A DNA stretch of 64,000 bases from Selaginella moellendorffii. Lineage: Eukaryota > Plantae > Lycopodiophyta. Shown here piece by piece: positions 23,084-36,700 of this stretch (position 1 is the stretch's first letter; each line of letters starts with the position of its first letter). A program made the position numbers and the translations under genes. The DNA is taken from assembly GCF_000143415.4 (NCBI RefSeq), contig NW_003314279.1, positions 1,742,493 to 1,806,492 of the forward strand. The letters are read 5' to 3'. The notes beneath the pieces were generated by a model, which saw nothing but the letters and a program-made list of their open reading frames with translations, was not told the origin of the DNA and did not search any database.

Positions 23084-25688
23084 CATAATTACCAATTAAC
23101 AGGTTTAGGTGAAAATTTACCATTAGTAACGCATTCGTAACATTGCATTCATAACACACATTCAGGTTCAAGTCACGTTCAAAATGAACTCTTTTAAAGA
23201 TTCTAAATCTTTCCATGAATTTAAATTAAGTTTACCATTAAGCTAGGTTTATCATCTATTATGCATTCACGTAGAGGAGGCAAGAGGAAAAAACCTTTAT
23301 GGGAGCTTCATGATTGAAGGTCAAGCATATGCAAATAGCAAAGGAAGCAAACAATAGATCTGCCACTATTGCAACAAAGGACTCGGTGGTAGCTGAAAAG
23401 GCTAAAAGCACACCTTGGGCATGTGCAAGGAGAGGGAATCCAACCTTGTGAAGCTGTTGCTCACTTGCTGAAACTAGAGTTCAAGATGATGTTTGAGAAG
23501 GACTATGGTTTGGTAGTTGCCCAGATAGGGCAATCAGCACAAGTGACAGCAAATGCCAGTGCTTCAACATTTGCCTAGACTGGGCAACCATCACAACAAG
23601 CTCGAATGATACCTAGTGCCAGTGCTACCCAGGGTGATTCTTCTAGCATAGCTAGTATGGCTGGAGCATCTAGTAGCTTTGTGCAATGTACAGCTGGCTC
23701 TACTGGTGTTCATGTTTCACATCTTATGCCTACGAGTGCCCAATTGACAACAAGTGCCCAGAGAGGCCATTTGCAGCAAAAAACAATACAAAGCTCATTC
23801 TTAAATGAGAGATATAAAGCTTGTGATGTAGCTCTTTGATGCTTCGCCTATGCTAATGCATTGCCTTTCAACCTTGTTCGATCGCTGTTCTTGAAAGATT
23901 TGCTTCATGTGGTTGGAGTGGTTGGAACGGGATATGCTTCAGTCATGATGAAGTATGAAGCCTTGCATATGTAACATCTGAATAATGAGTGCATGAGCTT
24001 GCATGATCAAATGCAGCTACTGAGAGACAGATGGAAGAGTATGGTTGCACTATTATCTCTAATGGCTGGCAGTGCGGAAGAGGGAAAGCCATTATCAACT
24101 TCATTGCTGCCAGTATTCATGGCTGTGTCTTCCTGACACAAAGAGTGGGAAGTGGCTGTATGATCAACTAAAGCCTGTCCTTAAAGATGTTGGACCAGAA
24201 AATGTTGTGTAGTTTGTTACTGACAATACTGGGAACTGCGTCAAAATGGGAAAGTATGTGACTGAAGACTTTCCCCATATCGTGTATGGACGATGTGTTT
24301 GTCATGTTCTAGATTTGCTGCTAGAAGACATTGGGAAGTTGGACTGGATCACTCCCCTAGTGAGAGGTTGTCAAATGCTTGTCTCATTCTTCTACCGGAG
24401 TCCCAAGCTTCTTGCTGCTTTTCAACAGCTTGCACCTAGAGATCTTGTTCATCCTACTTCTACTCGTTTTGCTTATAACTTTCTAGTTATAAGCTAATTT
24501 CTTGAAGAAAAGATGATACAATGCATGCAGCAATTTGTGGTGAGTGATGACTGGTATGCACAATGGAATAAAGTTCCAAGAGCTGATGAAGTTGCTACTT
24601 TAATCAAGAACTCAGGTTTTTGGATGGAATGTCAGCAATTGCTTGTGCTAATGGGTCCTATTCTCAAAGTACTACGAGTTTCTAATAAGGCAGGAGCAAC
24701 TATGGGACTTGTCTTTGAGCTGATGGATCGCATGCAAGAAAGCTTGAAGAAACTGGCTACTGAAGGTGTCATTGATTGTGATAGAGTCTCAACCATCTTG
24801 AACTTCATCTACAACAACTCTGAGGTAGAGGCTGGGCAGGACGTTGAGGCTGAGGATGAGCTACTCGAGGATGGCCTGATGGAAGGGTAGTCCGCATCTT
24901 CAAGTAAGAATTGCTGGGTGATGATGCACAACAAGCTGCAGAGTGTTGGTTGTTGTTTGCATCCTCTATGGATGGATGATCCTGAATTTGCTGAGGCAAA
25001 GAGAGATTTCCATGACTATGTTGAACTCATTGCTCCCAGTGACTTGGAAAAGCAGAGGAAGCTGACTTTGCAGTATATACGATTCCAGGAACATGTATCA
25101 AGTGATATGTGCCAGGCATTGGCTAGAGATCGAGCTATGCACTTGAAGGGTGTACAGTGGTGGAGTGAATATAGTTCTCAACTTCCTGAGTTACAGCAGC
25201 TGGCACTACGAGTTCTTAGTCGGCTTGTGTCTGTCTCTACTGCAGAGAGAAATTAGAGTGTGTATGACATTGTTCAGTCAAAGAGAAGGATGTGTCTCAA
25301 GCCTGAGAACAACCAATTTGAGGCTGATGAGAACTATAGAAGACTGAGGCATGCAGCTTATGGAAGTTGATATTGATGACATCAACTTGGAAGCTCAATG
25401 CAAAGACTGCTTGACATATAGGAGCACATGGAGGAATTTGAGGAGTTCTTAGACTCCATGGAGGAAGAGGAATGACAAAGCTCAGCTATGATTTGGTGTG
25501 TTTCTTTTGTTTTGTGTTTGGTTTGGAGTGGATTTCTTTGTTCAAGTTTCAAGTTTTAAAGATTTCTTTCCACTTTATTTAGGGTTTTTCAAGTTCGGTT
25601 GGTCTGAAACCAAATATCGCATTTGGATGAAAATTTGCTGTTCGTAACATATACATATGCAACATTCCAAAGTTTGGTAGTAACTATG
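23084..25688 (+). mobile_element. hAT DNA transposon with transposase pseudogene (~23260-25475), inserted in the family B interior
   Basis: BED finger (ICHYCNK...HLG...IQPC); DUF659-type FVTDN..NC and CVCHVLDLLLEDIGK; TRFAYNF; hAT dimerisation WWSEY...PELQQLALRVLS...STAERN. Short TIRs CATAATTAC / GTAACTATG. The TSD is degenerate, and host sequence resumes on both sides. Confidence 0.88.
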
Positions 25689-27726
25689 GTATAACATTTA
25701 TGTTGCATTTTGTCGGATCGACTTAACACTTGATACTTATATAAACTTTTGAAGTAATGACAAAGGTGTTGCTCGTGATGTTGCTCAATTGATGATCAAG
25801 TTATTGTGATACTTATATCATATCAAATATGTTTACAAATTTGCTTAGTTAAACAATAATCAACCCTAAAGTGGTTGATAGTGAAGCTAATTTACTTGCA
25901 AATAATAACATTGAAGTAGCTTTGACTTAATTCTAATCTTAAATTGGTACTTTGGTTTTTTAAGAATTGCTTATTAAGGTTTTGGAAAGGGTTATAACAT
26001 TCACATGCTATGGCTTGTTAGTGAATCTATTAGCACTTGGAGTAGATTATTGAATGGAAAAGGTGTGTAACTAAGTTGCTAACACTTGTGCTAATGGAGG
26101 TGGAATTAATTATATTTAGTGATGAAGAACTTTTGTTAAAACTTGATTTTCTATATCATTTTTTTTATTAGTGTTTTGGCATCATATTAGATTTTGAATG
26201 TGATTGACGAAGAATGTTAGTGCAATGTGAATATCCAAAGATATGGTTTTCATGATTGGGTCTTGGGTATTCATTTGCATTTTATGGATATCAGTGTCGG
26301 ATGTAGAATATATGGGCATGATGTTTAATATTTAAACATGTTGTTGGATCATGAGAACCTATGTGTAAGTTACAAAGTTTTCCTTTCCAATTTGCAAGCT
26401 TACCTTGTCTATCCGATTAACACTTCCTTGGCTTTAATTAAGTTCCCTTGCCAAGGTTCCCACCTATTATGCTAACTCCTATTTAGTCTTACTTGGTTTC
26501 AACTACTCTTCTAAATCCCAAGCCTTAGGTGCAATATTTGCTTCAGGACACCAGGGAGAAACACCGTGGCTTAATGGCTCGGTATGGGTACCTTTACTCC
26601 CCCACTTCCATCCCAAAGGGAACGCCCAGGCCCCTAGGAAAGGCAAGGACCAATGAGCTACAAAGTACTCAAGTGGGGCACCACTTCATATGAGTAGGGA
26701 GCACCATAGTCGGTTTCCCTTTTGGGAGTAGGAGCTACTCTTGAGCACTTCCTTGGGTGGCCCCTCCAACACCACCTAAGTCTATGCTCACACCCACCCA
26801 AGGCCCTTAAACCTTAGTCTCAACCTCAAGTCAGTTTAGAAGCACCACTGGAGAATTCCTTCAAGACTAGTTCCTAAACCTCACTATCCCTACTATACTT
26901 TTGGAACCCCATGCAGGCCCCCCCCCCAGAGACACACAGTTTGTGCTTTCACCCCATGACCTATATTAGTATTTAAATTCAGTCTTGGTCTCAGACTCGA
27001 TCTTGGACTTGATCTTGGATATGACCTCGAACTCAGTCTCAAACTCGATCTCCAACTCGATATTGGACCCAATCTTGGACTCTATCTCGGACTCGACCTC
27101 TAACTCAATCTCAGACCCAATCTCGGATTTCGGACTCAATCTCAAATTCGGTCTTCGACTTGGTCTCGAACTCAATCTCAAAGTTGCTCTTGGACTCAAT
27201 CTTTGACTCGGTCCCATCCAATGAACTCTTTATCATTTTGGTCATGTTTTTGGGAATCCTTTAGCATACGACACCTCGGGGAGTTGGTTCCTTACAACTC
27301 CACCACCCATAGAAGAAGTTCAATGCCCACATTGAACATCTCTTTTTAATCCTATGACTAATTGACTATGTCTCCAAGGGCATCCCCCCACTTAACAGTG
27401 TGCCTAAGTTAGCCTCCCCGGCCAAGAGCCCATGACAATAGAATATAGGTGTCTCTATGCCCCTCACTTCACCACACCTTAGTATGGGGCTAGGACTTCA
27501 ACCCAGCCTTGCTTTACTAGGGGGTTGGGACTCAAACCCAACCTCCATAGAATATGTCTAGGGATTTGACATCCCCGTAGGGAGTTGGGCATAGTTTCCT
27601 ATACCTAGTCAACTTAGCTAAACCATGCTAATTAGTTTACCTTTGGCACACCTTTGGGTCCCAACATATGCCATTGCTTAATTTCACAAATTGATACTTT
27701 AATTGAACTTTGCATAAGTACATAAA

Positions 27727-30700
27727 TGTCACGAATATGACTTTGGGTATCGAAAGTTACCTGTCAACTAGTCCTTACGGACACTCTTTCTTTACTGCCA
27801 TGATGGCAGGAGGTCGGTATTGCTAATTCCCTTTATCAGTCCCTCTTGTTCAAATGTTAGTTTACTGGGCTTAGCATTTGTACTTACCAAAATGGACATA
27901 AAGTAGGAACTCCTATGTGTTTCTAGTTGAGCATACTCGGCCTGACTCTTAGTTCTCTTTTGCTCTGTCTTGCACTGGCTTGACAAAAACCCTCACGTAT
28001 TGAGATTGATCCCTCAATATCGCTAGATGATAGCTTACTGTGTTTGCCAAACACCCTCGCTCATGCCCTTTATGTTAGTCTCATTTCGGTCCCAAATGCT
28101 ATTTATGGAAAATGTCTAGATTTGCTCATATGCATATCTATAGAATGTAGAGATTGTCTTGAACACAATGGTGTTTGTCCTGTGTCCAAATTCACAATCT
28201 AGTGCCATTCCATATTTAGTAAGTTTCAAGCTTGTCCCAGAGACTAACTCCTGATACTAAGGGAGGCTTGGGGTGAAAGCCCAAAGCGTGTGTTCCTCAA
28301 GGGGGGGAGGAGGCGGGGGGGGGGGGGGGCCGGATGTGGGGGGTTCCAAATGTCTAGTAGGGATAGTGGGTAGGTTGGGCATGGCTGACCAACTTAAGGC
28401 ATAGTCTAGTTCCTACTTGTGTGCCTGTCCTTGTTCTGTGTCCGACTTGGGTCTAAGCCCAAGTTCCACACCATGCTAGCTGGTGGAGTACCCATATCCT
28501 TGCATACCCATATTCTAAAGTTGTAAGGAACCAACTCCCCGAGGTGTTGTATGCTAAAGGATCCCCAAAAACATGACCGAAATGACAAAGAGTTCATTGG
28601 ATGGGGCCGAGTCTGAAATCGAGTCCAAGACCGACTCTAAGACCAAGTTCGAGATAGAGTCTGGGATCGAGTCCGAGGCCAACTCGGAGACCGAGTGCGA
28701 GACTGAGTTTGAGACAGAGTCTGAGATCCCAGATCGGGTCCAAGACCGAGCCCGAGGTCAAGTCCAAAGTCGAGTCTGAGATTGAGTTCGAGACTGAGTC
28801 CGAAGTCGAGTCCGAGATTGAGTCTGAGACCAAGTTTGAGTACTAATACAGGTCAAGGGGTGAAAGCCCAAAGCGTGCATCTCCCAAAGGGGGGGGTTGC
28901 AGGGGGCTCCAAAAGTATAGTAGGGATAGTGAGGTCCAAGAACCAATCTTCAAGGAACTCTCCAGTGGTGCTTCCAAACTAACTTGAGGTTGAGACTGGG
29001 GCTGAGGGGCCTTGGGTGGGAGTGAGCATGGACTCGGGTGGTGCCGAAGGGGCCACCCAAGGAAATGCTCAAGAGCAGTTCCCACTCCCAAAAGGGAAAC
29101 CGACTGCAGTGCTCCTAGCTCATGTATAGTGGTGCCCCATTTGAGTACCTTGTGGCTCATTGGTCCTTGCCCTTTCTAGGGGCTTGGGCCTTCCCTTCGG
29201 TATAGAAGTGGGGGGGTAGAGGTACGCATACTGAGTTGTTAGGCCACAGTGTTTCGCCCCGGTGTCCCGAAGCAAGTGTTGCACCCAAGGCTTGGAATTT
29301 AGAGGATCCCATGATCAAGTCTTGTTGTACTAAAGGATGTTAGGAACTTGAAGGCTTGGTGTGCTTGGCTACTTATGCCTGCAGGGAGTGTGGCTGACCC
29401 TTAAGTCCAGTCCAACCCGGGGAGGGGGATTGGGAGAGATTTGGGAATCCGTGGGTGGATGGCTAATGCTCCGTTGCTTGTGCAGTGAGTAGCTGAAGCC
29501 AAGTAGGACCAAGTAGGAGCTGGTATAATAGGGGGGAATCTTGGCGAGGGAACTTAGCAAAATCTAAGGCAATGTGGTCAGATAGACGAGGCAAGTTGGC
29601 AAATTGGAAAGGAAAAATTTGTGACTTACAATTTAGTATCAGAGTTTTTTCCTCAATTCTAGTGAGGGATAGAAGCGGATTGCTGGGAGATGGCAAAGGC
29701 AGGGCATAAACAAACCAAGGCAGAGATAGAACCTTCGCCAGAGTTGGATCCTCCAGTCAAACAAAAGGCTATGGATGAGGAATCTTTGCATGAGGAGGAC
29801 TCCAGTGAAAAAACTTCCAAATAGGAGTCTGGTGGTGAGGTTTGGTTGTCCAAGGCTCGATTGGATGTCCTAGAAGGACAATTGGCATAGATCAATACCT
29901 TGTTAGAGACTCTTGTATGCAAGCTAAAGCTTGACGAGAAGTGGAAGAAAAAGCAAAAGACTGCAGATGCTGGCAGCGCAGAAGGTGTGGACCCTTCGGT
30001 AGGGACTGAGGTAGAACCAAACAAGGTTGAACAAACCAAAGTGGAATCAGTCCCTCAAGCAGTTCCCAAGTACAAACCAAAGCCCCCACCGGTCTTCAAG
30101 AGAGTAAACGACTATAAGGTGGTGGAGGATTGGTACGATATGGAGGACTACTTCCGAGCGTTGTGGTTACCAAGCTTGTAGAAGGTTCTATATGCAAAAC
30201 CATACTTGGCAGATAATACCAAATCTTGGTGGAGAATGACGGAGGCTAACGAAGGACCGGTGGCCACTTGGGAAATGATGAAGGTGAGGATCCATGCGAC
30301 ATACGTTCCTCCGAATGCTACTCTACACCTAGGGATGAGCTGAGTAGGTTGAAGCAGACTGGAACCATTCAAGAGTATGTGAATGGATTTACAAATTCAA
30401 AAATACTAGTCAAATACTAGGCAAAAAGGATACTAGTCATGGATATGGGTGATATGGATGCGTTCCATGCCTTCATATCAGGCTTGCAAACCTAGGCTCG
30501 TGGCAAGGTGATGCGTTGGAACCCGACCAATTACAAAGAAGCGTTGGATGCGGCTATCAAAGTGCATTTCAACGATAACCTGCAAAAGGGGAACACGACG
30601 GGGTCGGGGTCCACGTTTAGCAAAGGGGCCAAACCAAGGGAAACATATAGCAAAGGGAAATTCAAGAAGAGTTTCTTTAAGAATGAGTCCTTGGGGTTCC

Positions 30701-33700
30701 GGAAAAGCAGATTCGGTGGCCAGCAAGCGAGTACGTGGGGGAGTCAAGCAAAAAAAGACAAACCCACGGATAAAAAGGGCAAGTCAATTAGCAGCGTGGG
30801 AAACAACATATGCTACAACTGCGGTGAAGTGGGACATTTCTTGAGGGAATGTCCCTACCCAAAGAAGGCTAGAGCCAATATGGCCATTAAGTTGGGTGAA
30901 ATCCAAATTGAGGTACATGATCCAGTCCCTAATTCAAAGTTATTCATTACACGAGCAACTTTGGTAGAGAGTCGTTCGTGACATCTACTAACCCTCCGAG
31001 GGAAGATCGGAGGTAGCTTTATTAAGATCCTTATTGACACGAGTGTTTCGGATAATTTTGTGGCTGCAGACATAATCCGGCAAGCCGGACTAATGGTGCA
31101 GCAGCTGGGTGAACCAAGGACTATAAAGTTTGTTTAAGGCAACCAAAACACCGTTGAGGTACTTTGACAAGCGAGAGTCAAAGTAGGGACATGGAAAATA
31201 GACATAGATTTCACTGTGTTGGACATGGTGGGATTTGACGTAATCTTTGGGATGGATTGGTTCAATCGATTCATGGTAGCCCTGCATGGACAAGGTAGGA
31301 ACCTTGTGGTACTAGCGAATGCACAAGGAAGAAGATCCAAAGTGTAAGCCTAGGATCTAAAGGTAGGGCAATGCAAGGCCAAAGATTCCTACCTAAACCT
31401 GGTGTCCATAAAAGAACAACTCACTAAAGGAACCAAAGTAGCATTTTTGTGCTTACTCTCGGTGAAGAGTGACAAAAAGACGGGAATGGAAGAAGTACCT
31501 TTAGTGATCCAACGGGTGTTGGACCAATTCCAAGATACCATGCCAGAGGAGCTACCGGCGGGGTTGCCCCCCACACGACCGATAGAATATAAAATTGAGC
31601 TGGTCGAGGGTGCTAAGGTGGTAGTTCATCCCCCTTATCGTTTGAATGAAAACGAACTCGAGGAGCTCAAGCACCAACTAAAGGAGTTGGTGGACAAAGG
31701 GTATGTTAGGTTGAGCAAGTCGTCATATGAGGCACTAGTGTTATTTGTGTAAAAGAAAGATGGATCTATGCACATGTGCATAAACTACCGGTTGCTCAAA
31801 GAAGAAGAAGTATTCAAAAAAGAACAAGTACCCTTTGCCAAGGATTGAGGACCTATTCGATAGGTTGGGAAAGGCAAAATACTTCTTGAAGATTGACCTA
31901 AAGTTTCTAGTGGTGCTTCCAAACTGACTTGAGGTTGAGACTGGGGCCGAGGGGCCTTGGGTGGGAGTGAGCATGGACTCGGGTGGTGCCGGAGGGGCCA
32001 CCCAAGGAAGTGCTCAAGAGCAGCTCCCACTCCCGGAAGGGAAATCGACTGCGGTGCTCTCGGCTCATGTGGAGTGGTGCCCCACTTGAGTACCTTGTGG
32101 ATCATTGGTCCTCGCCCTTCCTAGGGGCTTGGGCCTTCCCTTCGGGATAGAAGTGGGGGGGGGGGTAGAGGTACCCATACTGGGTTAGTGAGTAGCTGAA
32201 GCCAAGTAGGACCAAGTAGGAGCTGGTACAATAGGTAGGAACTTTGGCAAGGGAACTTAACAAAAGCCAAGGCAGTGTGGTCGGATAAATGAGGTAAGCT
32301 GGCAAATTGGAAAGGAAAAATTTATGGCTTACATTAGGCCACCGGTATGCCGAAATAGTGCTAAACTCCGTTTGGCTCCATTTTGCATGCTGGTCTTGGC
32401 ATTGAGATGCTGGTTGCTCCAGGACTATTCCAAATCGCTCCGGGCTCCTATCCCTTTGCTCCTTGGGCTGTATGCTCGAGAGTAGCTCCGTGGTCCAGTT
32501 CCGTCACTCCTTGGCTCCAAGCTTGGGAGTTTGGCACTGTTCTTTTGTTTAGTAGCTCAAGGCCCTGAACCTTGGGTTCCGCACCACTGTCCTTTGGACA
32601 CGTGGCATATGACACGTGGTATGTGTCATGTGGCATAAAGAGGGTTTAGGTTCCGCTTTGTGGTGTTATCCTATGGTAAATCACCATAGGATAAAGGGTT
32701 AAAACCACGTGTGTTACATTTGGTATTAGAGAAAGAGTCTCCACAAGTAATATCCAATGAGATTGGGCAACTAGTCTCATTGCATACATAGAGATGAAAA
32801 CGATGATCCGAGTGGATACACATTTGTATACGTACACGGTGTAAAGGCTTCGCATTGGTACCTTGAGTATGGATTTGGTTACCTTGTTATACCTTATGAT
32901 GTGAGATTGCTCTTGGGCTCATAGGATGGATTTAAGCTGTACCATTTTTGCACGAGTTTATGCTTGGGCTCATAAGTGAGGCACATTAGCAACTCGAGGA
33001 TATACTTTGAGTTGGCAAGATTAATGTTAGCCTATCGGTGGTTCCATAAGTTGTTCTATGTACCGTGGGTGAAAATAAACTTTCCCTGAGTTTGCTATGA
33101 GTGGCAAAGAGGCTGGTCTGTAGCTGTTTAGCACAACACTAGTGGAACCTTCCTCATGATTATAATGATCAATCAAGATTGTAGGGATTAGTATATTGGT
33201 TCAAGTAGTCATTGTCGTGCTCTCTCATAAACGTTTCTTGGATTGAACTAAAGGCAGTGTGAATGCAAGCCTGAGGTTTGGTCAAAGATGAGACCGAAAA
33301 GAGAGTCGTCAGGGGCGAAGGATCAAATACATAAATATTTTCTCTTCTTGGAAAGATGATTTGCAACGAGGTGTGACTCATTACTCATATTCATATTATG
33401 CAATCAAGAGTCCCTACCTTGATGCATTGATGCATGTTGGAAATGATGGTCTTGTAAATGATGAGTCATAGGATGGATAGCGGTGAAGCGCTAAACCATT
33501 TTATCTAGGCTTGCTATTAAAGACTTGGGTTAAAATACTCAATTCTTTTCTAGAAACCTTGCTAATTCTCCTTGAGTAGCTTGGTGTTGGATTAGTGTTG
33601 AGTTTAGTTAGATAAAGAGTGGCATGAACTTGTCCATGTTGTGAACAAAAGTTAGTGATGTTCAGTGTTGTAAATCTCTATCGGTGGAGTGTGGTGTTTA

Positions 33701-36700
33701 TGTTGCTTTTTGTCAAATTGAGTTGGCACTTGATGCTCACATAAACCTTTGAAGTAATGACATTGGCATTGCTCATGGTGTTGCTCAATTGATGATCAAG
33801 CCATTGTGATTTTATATCATATCCATGTGATAATGAGTAATGTGTTTACGAAGTTGTTTGGTTAGACGATGATTAACCCCAAAGTGGTTGATGGTGAAGT
33901 TAGTCTACTTGCATGAAGTATCATTGTAGTATCTTTGACTGGATTCTCAATGGTGGTCCATTATCTAAGCTTAAGTTGATTCTTTGTTTTCTTGAGGGTT
34001 TGCCCATAAGGTGTTGAAAAGGGTTATAGCATTCAGTTGCTATAACTTGTTGATTTGTTCATTAACACTTAGAGTAGATTATTGGATGGAGAAGGTGTAT
34101 AATTGAGGCATTAACATCGCTAGCACTTGTGTTAGTGGAAGTGGCATTGTTATTCGAGTGATGAGGAATTTTCCTTAAAATTTGATTTTCCATGTCATTT
34201 TTCTTGTTAGTGTTTTGACCTCACATTGGATCTTGAAAGTGATTGAAGAAGAGTGTCAGTGCAATATGGATATCTGAAGGTATGGTATTCGTGATCAAGC
34301 CTCGGATGTTCATTTTACATTTTGTGGATATCAATGTTGGATGTTGGAAAAATGGGCATGATATTCAATGCTTAAGCATACTATGGGGCTTGAGAATTTG
34401 TGTTGAGGTGAATTTATGTGAAGTAGTAGATAGGAGGAAGTTGGTTGAGTCTTGAAAGTTTGTATTCCTGGACTGAGAGTCATTCTTTATCTAGGATGGA
34501 AATTTTCCATAAATTTTCTACAAATTTTTTTAGGCTTTTCCAATGGCTGATTTATTGATCACTTTGCTCAAAAACCATTCCATTTTGTAAGCCAATACAA
34601 ACTAGTGAAAGGGTTAAAGTTGACTTCGGTTGGCTTAAACCTTAGTAGGTAGTTTGTGTAATGCAACCCGAAAGCGATGCTAACTTTTGGGGCTAAGGCA
34701 ATTAAGTTGGATAGAGTCTGGAGTTGGTGTAAAAAAGTGGCCGTTGCATTTTTCTAGAAAGGTGACCTTTGTGCCTTTCTTCTATAGCATTGTGCTTGGT
34801 GGCAGGTTGCACCTTGCATTTCGTTAAGACTCTATGAAAGTAATGAGCTCTCAGTGATTTTGACTTGGTCTTGGTGGTCTTGCACCTTGGCTAAAGATAG
34901 TGATATCCAACTTAGTTGTTTGAGTTTGAAATGTTAGTACCCGTATTATAACTTTGTCTATAAGGAGTTGTGTACTGATATGAGTCCATCTCATAGTCTT
35001 CACTTTGGTTTTAGCTGATGTTGATCATGCATAGTTAGCCTCTTCAAAGCATGCTCAGAGTTAGTGGCTAAATGCATTGGTGAGCTTGTTGCGGTTGAGT
35101 TGGATTTGAGTGGTCATTTGGTTTGTGCTTGTCCATGAATCTTTACTCTATGCCTAAGGTATTATGTTCATATTGGACAAGTATATGACTCAATGGTATG
35201 AGTTTAGTGTTTGAGTCTCGTGAAAGCAAGTTGAAGAGTGATTGTTAGTTGCTTGCAACGAGTGATTACTTGTAGACTTGTCAAAGGCTTTTGACACTTG
35301 CTTCACTTGATGATGATTTAGTAGTGATAGGCTTGCTTTACCAGATAGTGTTGTAGAGGATCATGTTGTTAGACTTACATGGGTTTTCCATGTTGGCATG
35401 TCGACTCTACCTTTGTAAATATCGTTTGGTTGCATTTAGTTTGTAGTGTTGGATTTCATTGAGTCTTGGATGTGGTCATTCACTCCTTGAAGAAGTGTTA
35501 TCTGTAACTGAGTATTGTTAGAGGATTAGTCTCGGATACTGACAAAAGTATTTTCAACTTTGATTAGCTTGGTTGCTGGAGAGATTTGAGTGGTGATTCA
35601 CTCTTGCTTTCTTCTAGCTTTGTTATGGTGTTAATGGCATTGAAGTGATGCTTTGTCAGTGACATTATTGATGTTGAGACTCGAGTAAAATGAGATGTCT
35701 TTCCATAAGATTGATGTCGAGTTTCATTAGTCTTGATGAAGATAGTGTTGATGATTTGGCTGTAGCTTTGTGTTATTGGCATTCATGCATTTGCTAGTTA
35801 GCAACTATGTTGACATTCAAACGAACTAAGTGGCAAGTTGAGTTAGTTGCGTTCTAGACGAGATTATTTAGTAGGGGTGGAACTTTAGCTTTTCCTTGAA
35901 AAGTGGTTTAATCATGGACTATGCTAGCTTTACGAGAGAAAAGTTAGTGATTGATATTAGAATGTTTGAATCCTTATTGGATTTAAGTTGGAATATATTA
36001 ATCATTAATGATTTCTCTTGTGCTTGTTATGAAGTGAGTTACGTCTCACTAAAGATGGATTCATGAAGGATCATTTAGTGATCACTTGTCGAGCATAACT
36101 TCGTTATGTTTAGCTTTTGGATTAATGCAAACATGCTCTTCATTAGCTTTGCATTATAGAGTTTAACTTATAGATGTGTTAGGGAGGATATTGTGGGTGG
36201 TGCCATGATTTCTTCCTTGGTATTGAAGTTGGTTCATAAAAGACTCGTGATCATTATAATGCAAGACTTGGCTATAGACCTCTTTGAGCTTTTGGTTCTT
36301 TGAGTTTTGTGCTCATTGTTCCATTTGCTAGAAGTTATTAGGGAAAGCATTTTGGCTCCTAGCTTCGATGTTGAAGTTAGTATTTGCATCTAACAATCAT
36401 TGGTGATGATTGACTATCATCTTGGATACTTGATTATCCTTGTCAAGAGGGTTTGTTTGATTATTGTTGATATAAAATGATTCACTATTCTTCGAGATGG
36501 TGGGTTACTCCTTTGATGATGATTCTGCATATCTCTTTTTGATGGGATAATTGATAATCTTTCATGATGGTTAGTTGTTCTCTTTGATAGCTTATGGCTT
36601 TTCGTAATACCACATGTTTTTTGTGGGTTGCTCTAGATTTGTCTCTTGGGTTTGAGACATCAGTAGAATGTTGCTAATGTTTGCTTGAGCAACTTTGGTT

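Noticed and set aside
28245-28290. Hammerhead ribozyme/retrozyme at CTGATAC...GGGTGAAAGCCC
   Set aside because: A GAAA-capped mini-stem is possible, but the CUGANGA core and three-helix pairing are absent or not conserved among copies.
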